Source: Macrostomum hystrix (taxonomy: Eukaryota; Animalia; Platyhelminthes). From it: 64,000 nucleotides of DNA. The notes under the pieces are model-generated. The model was given only the letters and a program-made list of their open reading frames with translations. It searched no databases and was not told the origin of the DNA. The position numbers and the translations under genes were made by a program. The DNA is taken from NCBI GenBank assembly GCA_950097015.1, contig CATNEN010000014.1:1860001-1924000 (forward strand). Direction: 5' to 3'. Shown piece after piece: positions 59,178-64,000 of this stretch. Numbering within the stretch: position 1 is the stretch's first letter; the number at the start of each line of letters is the position of its first letter.

Positions 59178-62100
59178 TCGGCCACCTACCTGTCGCAGAA
59201 GCTGGCCCAGGCTCCCGCCAAGCTGTGGCAGGATGTGCAGAGCAAAATCCGCGTCTACCTGCAATGCTCTGGGGGCGCCAGCCTGCACCGCAGCCTGCGC
59301 TTCGAACAGGCCATCCGGATGCTGCACCTGGTGAACCGCCTGGTGTCAGTCGGCCAGGAGTTCTGCGGGGCGGCGTCCCAGTCGCTGCAGGAGTCGATCC
59401 GGAATCAGATTCTGGCATTCTTCCGCGCCTACCACAGCGGCCGCATGGAGACGCTGCGGATGTTCCTGGAGAACGAGGCCTGGCAGCCAGTGCCTGTGAA
59501 GGCCAGCTTCTGCCTGGCCGACTTACATGAGTTCCGGCCGTTCCGCGCGCGCCTACTCCAGGCCGCCCGGCTGCGACAGCTGCGGACTCCGGCAGCTGGC
59601 GGCCTGGCCGGCTCCGACGCCTCCGACGCCGCCTCCGGCTCTTCGTCGACAACTTTCTTCGACCGACTGGACGAGAATCCGTTCGACTTCACGGCTGAGG
59701 AGGACAGCGTGGAGGACTTCTTTGCCACTCCGGTAGGCTAGGAGTCTTTCCCAAATCCCAACTGATCTCCCAAATCCCAACTGATCTCCCAAATCCCAAC
59801 CAATCTCGCAAATCCCAACTGATCTCCCAAATCCCAACTGATCTCCCAAATCCCAACTGATCTCCCAAATCCCAACTGATCTCCCAAATCCTAACCAATC
59901 TCCCAAATCCCAAACAATCTCCCAAAATCCAACTGATCTCCTAAATCCCAACAGATCTTAAGAATCCCAACTGATCTCCCTAAATCCCAACAGAACTCCC
60001 AAACCCTAACTGATCTCCCAAATTCGAACCAATCGCCCAAATCCCGTCAAGGAGGCTGTCATCTCTTCGGACGCTGCGGCTGCCGATAATGACACCAGTC
60101 GGCGTCGATCTTCAACGGCCGCGGACGAGGACGAGGAGGACGACGCTGACGATCAGCGCCTGCGTGCGCATCACATTGACGAGGACACCGGAAGGCCGGT
60201 CATCCTGCCGGTGGCGACAGGAGCGGCTGGGCAGGCTCAGGAGGGCCACACGGCGGCCTCGTCGCTGATCACGATGACGTCATCGGGTTCGCCGCGTGTT
60301 GCCGGCTCCGCGGCTTTGTCCGCTCTGGCCAATGGTCGAGGTAAAAACAAAGAGATTTCTAATAAGATGACGATGCATTTATGTTGCTAAAAATAAGATA
60401 GTTACTCTCGCTGTTTACCTTGCTTGCTCAATTTTGTAACCATCTGTCAGGCTCCGGTCAGATCGCCCAGCTGCACCAGCAGAGCAGGCCGGCCTCGGCT
60501 GGGCCCCTGGTTACCAACACCTTGCTGGAAGTGTTGCGCTTAATGGGCCGCTACACACAGATGATCCACCTGCTGCGCCCCATCGCCTTCGACGTGGCCC
60601 TGCGCATGACCCAGCTGTCCGAGTACTATCTGTACACCGTGTACTGGTTCTTCGCCCGGGACAATGTGAGAACTGTGGCAGCTGCCTTTCTCACCTCCTT
60701 TTGGTGGCATTCTTTGCTGTCTATCTTTCTCCCCCCTCTTCTGTCTGTCTTTCTCCCCCTCTTCTGTCTGTCTTTCTCCCCCTCTTCTGTCTGTCTTTCT
60801 CCCCCTCTTCTGTCTGTCTTTCTACCCCTCTTCTGTCTGTCTTTCTCCCCCTCTTCTGTCTGTCTTTCTCCCCCCTTTTCTGTCTGTCTTTCTCCCCCTC
60901 TTCTGTCTGTCTTTCTCCCCCCTTTTCTGTCTGTCTTTCTCCCCCTCTTCTGTCTGTCTTTCTCCCCCTCTTCTGTCTGTCTTTCTCCCCCCTTTTCTGT
61001 CTGTCTTTCTCCCCCTCTTCTGTCTGTCTTTCTCCCCCTCTTCTGTCTGTCTTTCTCCCCCTCTTCTGTCTGTCTTTCTCCCCCTCTTCTGTCTGTCTTT
61101 CTCCCCCCTTTTCTGTCTGTCTTTCTCCCCCTCTTCTGTCTGTCTTTCTCCCCCTCTTCTGTCTGTCTTTCTCACCCCTTTTCTGTCTGTCTTACAATTC
61201 TGTTCTTATGTGCGATAGACCTGTTCTAATGTGGGATTTTGCTGTTTTAATGTGGCATTTACCTGTTATGTGGGATCTCAATTCACCTGTGGGATCTCAA
61301 TTCACCTGTGGGATCTGTGCTTCTGTTACGCAGTCAGGTTGCCATTTCTAAGCCTTAGTCCTGATGAGCAAAGCTCAAGTTCTCCCAAAGTACAGCTCGT
61401 TGCCTTTGCTTTTGTAAATTGTCGACCACCCCAGCTGCCCACCTGAGATCTCACCAGAGCATCTGAGCAGGGGATCTCTCTTATATACCTATTTTTTAAT
61501 TAACTGGACTTGTCTGACCGCCCGCCTGCCTCCGGGGCAGCTGCTGGACGGAGCTGCCAACCCTCATTATCGGCACCCTGGGCGCTACCGACATTCTCCC
61601 ACCCCAACTCCCTGGGACCCCTTCAGCCCCAGAAATCTGGGGATCAGGACGAGGCATCCTCGCTTCCTTCCACGAAGGCCATCCTTAATAAGAATCTGGC
61701 CGCGCAGTTAAAGTGTGTTTATCCCCCCCGGACTCAGCTTGTGGGATCTGAATTTTCTCAGAATTGTATCTGCACATTTCTCATTAACTGACAGCCAGCT
61801 CCCTGGCCTCTGCATCTCGATCAGCTTCCCTGGCCTCATTAACAGATAAACTGAGGCCCGGCCAGCCGCCCATCGCCTTTGTAGCTGCGTCTTTTATTAA
61901 TTGAAAAAAATATCTGCGCTTCTCAGCAGCTTCTCAGCAGCCTGTGTCAGCAACAGCTCGAACTGGGTGTGTGGGTGTGCTCAAAGTGTGCTCCAATTAG
62001 TTTCCTGTTTGGGAGAGTGAGATCTGCTGCCATTTTGTGCCTCTTCTGTTCAATGCATCGGCCTCCCGGAAACCCTCTGCTGTCCGCAGTTCTTTTATAT

Positions 62101-64000
62101 CACTCTCTGCAACTCCCCAATGCCCTCTCCTCCTCTCTCCCCTCTCCTCCTCTCTGCCCTCTCCTCCTCTCTGCCCTCTCCCCCTCTCTGCCCTCTCCCC
62201 CTCTCTGCCCTCTCCCCCTCTCTTCCCTCTTCCCCTCTCTGCGCTCTCCCCATCTGCCCTCTCCCCCTCTCTGCCCTCTCCCCCTCTCTGCCCTCTCCTC
62301 CTCTCTGCCCTCTCCCCCTCTCTGCCCTCTCCACTCTCTGCCCTCTCCCCCTCTCTGCCCTCTCCCCCTCTCTGCCCTCTCCACTCTCTGCCCTCTCTCC
62401 CCCATCTGCCATACCCCTTCTATTTCTGCCTGCCCTTCTCACCTCAGATATTTTAATCAAGTACTTTTGTACTGCACTGGCTTGTCCTGCACTAAGCGTT
62501 AATTCCCGACATACTATCTATCCATCAGCTGTATAAAAAGAAAATCTACTTTAGCTGGAAAATTCGGTCGTTGCCAGCCTCTTAGCCATGTAATTAGCGA
62601 CTTGTCTGGCTTCCGACAAGCAACAGACTTTTACAGGAACCGACAGAATCTAAGATTTCACCCACCTGAGAATAGCTAATTCTGCCGCAATCGCCAGATC
62701 GAGCTGGTCCAGACCTGCCTGACATCGAAGCTGAGCAACTGCCTGCTGCGCATTGGTGACCAGCTCATCCAGCATGCCCGCCTGGAGGAGGACGCCGACA
62801 ACGCCGCATCTGGTCCCAACTCTGCCGCTGCCGGTCTTGTCTCAGCGGCTGCTCAGGCTGTGAGTCTATCGGTGCTCAGTCTGTGATTCTATGGGTGCTC
62901 AGTCTTTGAGTCTATTAGTGCTCAGTCTGTGAGTCTATGAGTGCTCAGTCTGTGATTCTATGGGTGCTCAGTCTGTGAGTCAATGGGTGCTCAGTCTGTG
63001 AGTCTATGAGTGCTCAGTCTGTGATTCTATGGGTGCTCAGTCTTTGAGTCTATTAGTGCTCAGTCTGAGTATATGGGTGCTCAGTCTGTGAGTCTATGGG
63101 TGCTCAGTCTGTGAGTCTATGGGTGCTCAGTCTGTGAGTCTATGGGTGCTCAGTCAGTGAGTCTATGAGTGCTCAGTCTGTGAGGCTATCGATACTCAGG
63201 CTGAGTCTATGGGTGCTCTAACTACCTTCCACTCGACGCAGGAGCGTTTTCTTCTCCCCGCGCGTCCCCAACTGGCCAGCCAGCAGCAGCAGCAGCACAG
63301 CCACCTGGCAGCCCGCATCGTGTCAGTGGAGTCGGCAGCCTACCTGGCTGAGCAGATCGAGTCCCTGCTTGTGCCGTACCTGGAGGCGCAGCTGCCGCAC
63401 GAGAAGCGACCATTCCTCGCTGCCTTCGTGTCTCACACGCTCTCCGCTGTTGGCGACCTGCGCGCTCCGGCGGCCTGCGCGGTGGCCGCCACCGGCCTGC
63501 GACTGGAACCGGTTCAAACCGGTATGACCGGCCCACAGGTGAACTGGGACGTGCGCGAGATTCTGTCGGAGCACAGCGCCTACGTGGACCTGCTGCTGTG
63601 CGAGCTGGCCAGATTCAGCGACTGTCTGGACCGGGCCGCTGCCGTGCTGGGCGGCAGCCTCCCCTGCGACTGGGCCGCCCGCCTGTGGCACTACGCCCTG
63701 CTGGTTGCCAGCCAGTGCCTTGTCGAAGGCTTCTCAGCCGCCAGGCGTTGCTCAAACGAGGGCCGCGCGCTCATGCAGCTGGACTTTCAGCACTTCCTGG
63801 TTGGCGCTGAGCGGCTGTCGGGGCTCCGGCCCGTGCCGCATCGGGACTATGTGGACCAGTTCATCAAGGCCTACTACCTGCCTGAGAGCGAGCTGCAGGA
63901 CTGGCTGCGTGACCGGCGCGACTACACGGCCAGGCAGAAGGCCGGCCTGCTGGCCTGCCTGGCCCACCTCAGCCGCAAAACCCGGCAGCGGCTGCTGGCC
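54945..64000 (+). CDS. VPS50: VPS50/syndetin (EARP complex subunit), 3' end beyond the window. Exons 54945(start uncertain)-55043, 55154-55362, 56157-56525, 57806-57965, 59043-59732, 60052-60340, 60451-60665, 62698-62859, 63242->64000
   Basis: Phase-consistent junctions. Motifs LLGKSQSAFDQLHMHF, YLPCLSDLCRAVWE, ENEAWQPVPV, TNTLLEVLRLMGRY, NWDVREILSEHSAYVD and CSNEGRALMQLDFQHF..KAYYL match recalled VPS50/CCDC132. Confidence 0.95.
55448..55822 (+). mobile_element. tRNA-derived SINE, copy 2 (VPS50 intron)
   Basis: A-box TGGCAGAGCGG, B-box AGTTCGATTCC and (ATT)n tail. TSD TGTCTCTCCC at 55437-55446 and 55822-55831. Confidence 0.88.
55826..56145. repeat. Minisatellite, 44-bp unit (VPS50 intron)
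   Basis: About 7 copies of CCAACCGACTCCCATCTCTCTGGCACTCATCCCCAATGTCACTC. Confidence 0.95.
56638..56910 (-). mobile_element. tRNA-derived SINE, copy 3 (inverted; tRNA head internally deleted at a GAG microhomology)
   Basis: Reverse complement of the copy 2 body, for example GACCCGCAGCCAGCGAGGAGGCCATTCTGCCCATTTCGCTGAC and GTGTACATCTGCCCTGACTTTCTCATCGTCAGGCAGTGTACAC. Confidence 0.85.
57040..57420. repeat. Minisatellite, 14-bp unit CTAATCCACTCTC(C/A) (VPS50 intron)
   Basis: Direct periodicity. Confidence 0.92.
57990..58965. repeat. Minisatellite, 31-bp unit GATCCTCACAGCTTTGGGTAGAGTTATCCCA (VPS50 intron)
   Basis: Direct periodicity. Confidence 0.96.
59151..59177 (+). repeat. (CAG)9 poly-Gln tract inside a VPS50 exon
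   Basis: Pure CAG run encoding Q9. Confidence 0.9.
59745..60045. repeat. Minisatellite, 19-bp unit CAAATCCCAACTGATCTCC (VPS50 intron)
   Basis: Direct periodicity. Confidence 0.93.
60715..61195. repeat. Polypyrimidine minisatellite, 23/24-bp unit TCTGTCTGTCTTTCTCCCCCTCT (VPS50 intron)
   Basis: Direct periodicity. Confidence 0.95.
62125..62400. repeat. Polypyrimidine minisatellite, 17-bp unit CCCTCTCTGCCCTCTCC (VPS50 intron)
   Basis: Direct periodicity. Confidence 0.92.
62860..63220. repeat. Minisatellite, 23-bp unit GTGAGTCTATGGGTGCTCAGTCT (last visible VPS50 intron)
   Basis: Direct periodicity starting at the splice donor. Confidence 0.93.

Noticed and set aside
61633-61710. Possible extra VPS50 exon (KSGDQDEASSLPSTKAILNKNLAAQLK)
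   Set aside because: It would end in phase 2 at a weak donor, whereas the flanking exons 60665 and 62698 already join in phase 0.

Overview
Eukaryotic (animal) genomic DNA with short GC-rich spliced exons and GT(G/A)AG..CAG introns. Most introns are filled by locus-specific minisatellites. This architecture plus paralogous universal-stress-protein genes is most consistent with a lophotrochozoan such as the flatworm Macrostomum; this is an inference, not a database match. Eight protein-coding genes can be assembled by hand: an ankyrin-repeat gene (-, runs off the left edge), an LNX1/2-like RING+4xPDZ ligase (-), NOB1 (-), FAM32A (+), two tandem USP genes (+), SKP1 (-) and VPS50/syndetin (+, runs off the right edge). 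Mobile DNA comprises three copies of a tRNA-derived SINE, two copies of a ~280-bp MITE each with its own 8-bp TSD, a decayed mariner transposase, and a 1.46-kb foldback palindrome built from 184-bp satellite units with a 9-bp near-TSD. The most notable observations are: (i) a SINE inserted 11 nt into USP exon 2 whose target-site duplication re-created the splice acceptor; (ii) the foldback element; (iii) an inverted SINE pair bracketing an in-frame VPS50 exon; and (iv) intron minisatellites, some built from splice-site sequence, most sharing an ATCY core. Most long ORFs in the supplied track are repeat artefacts. All homology calls are from recalled family motifs, not searches.
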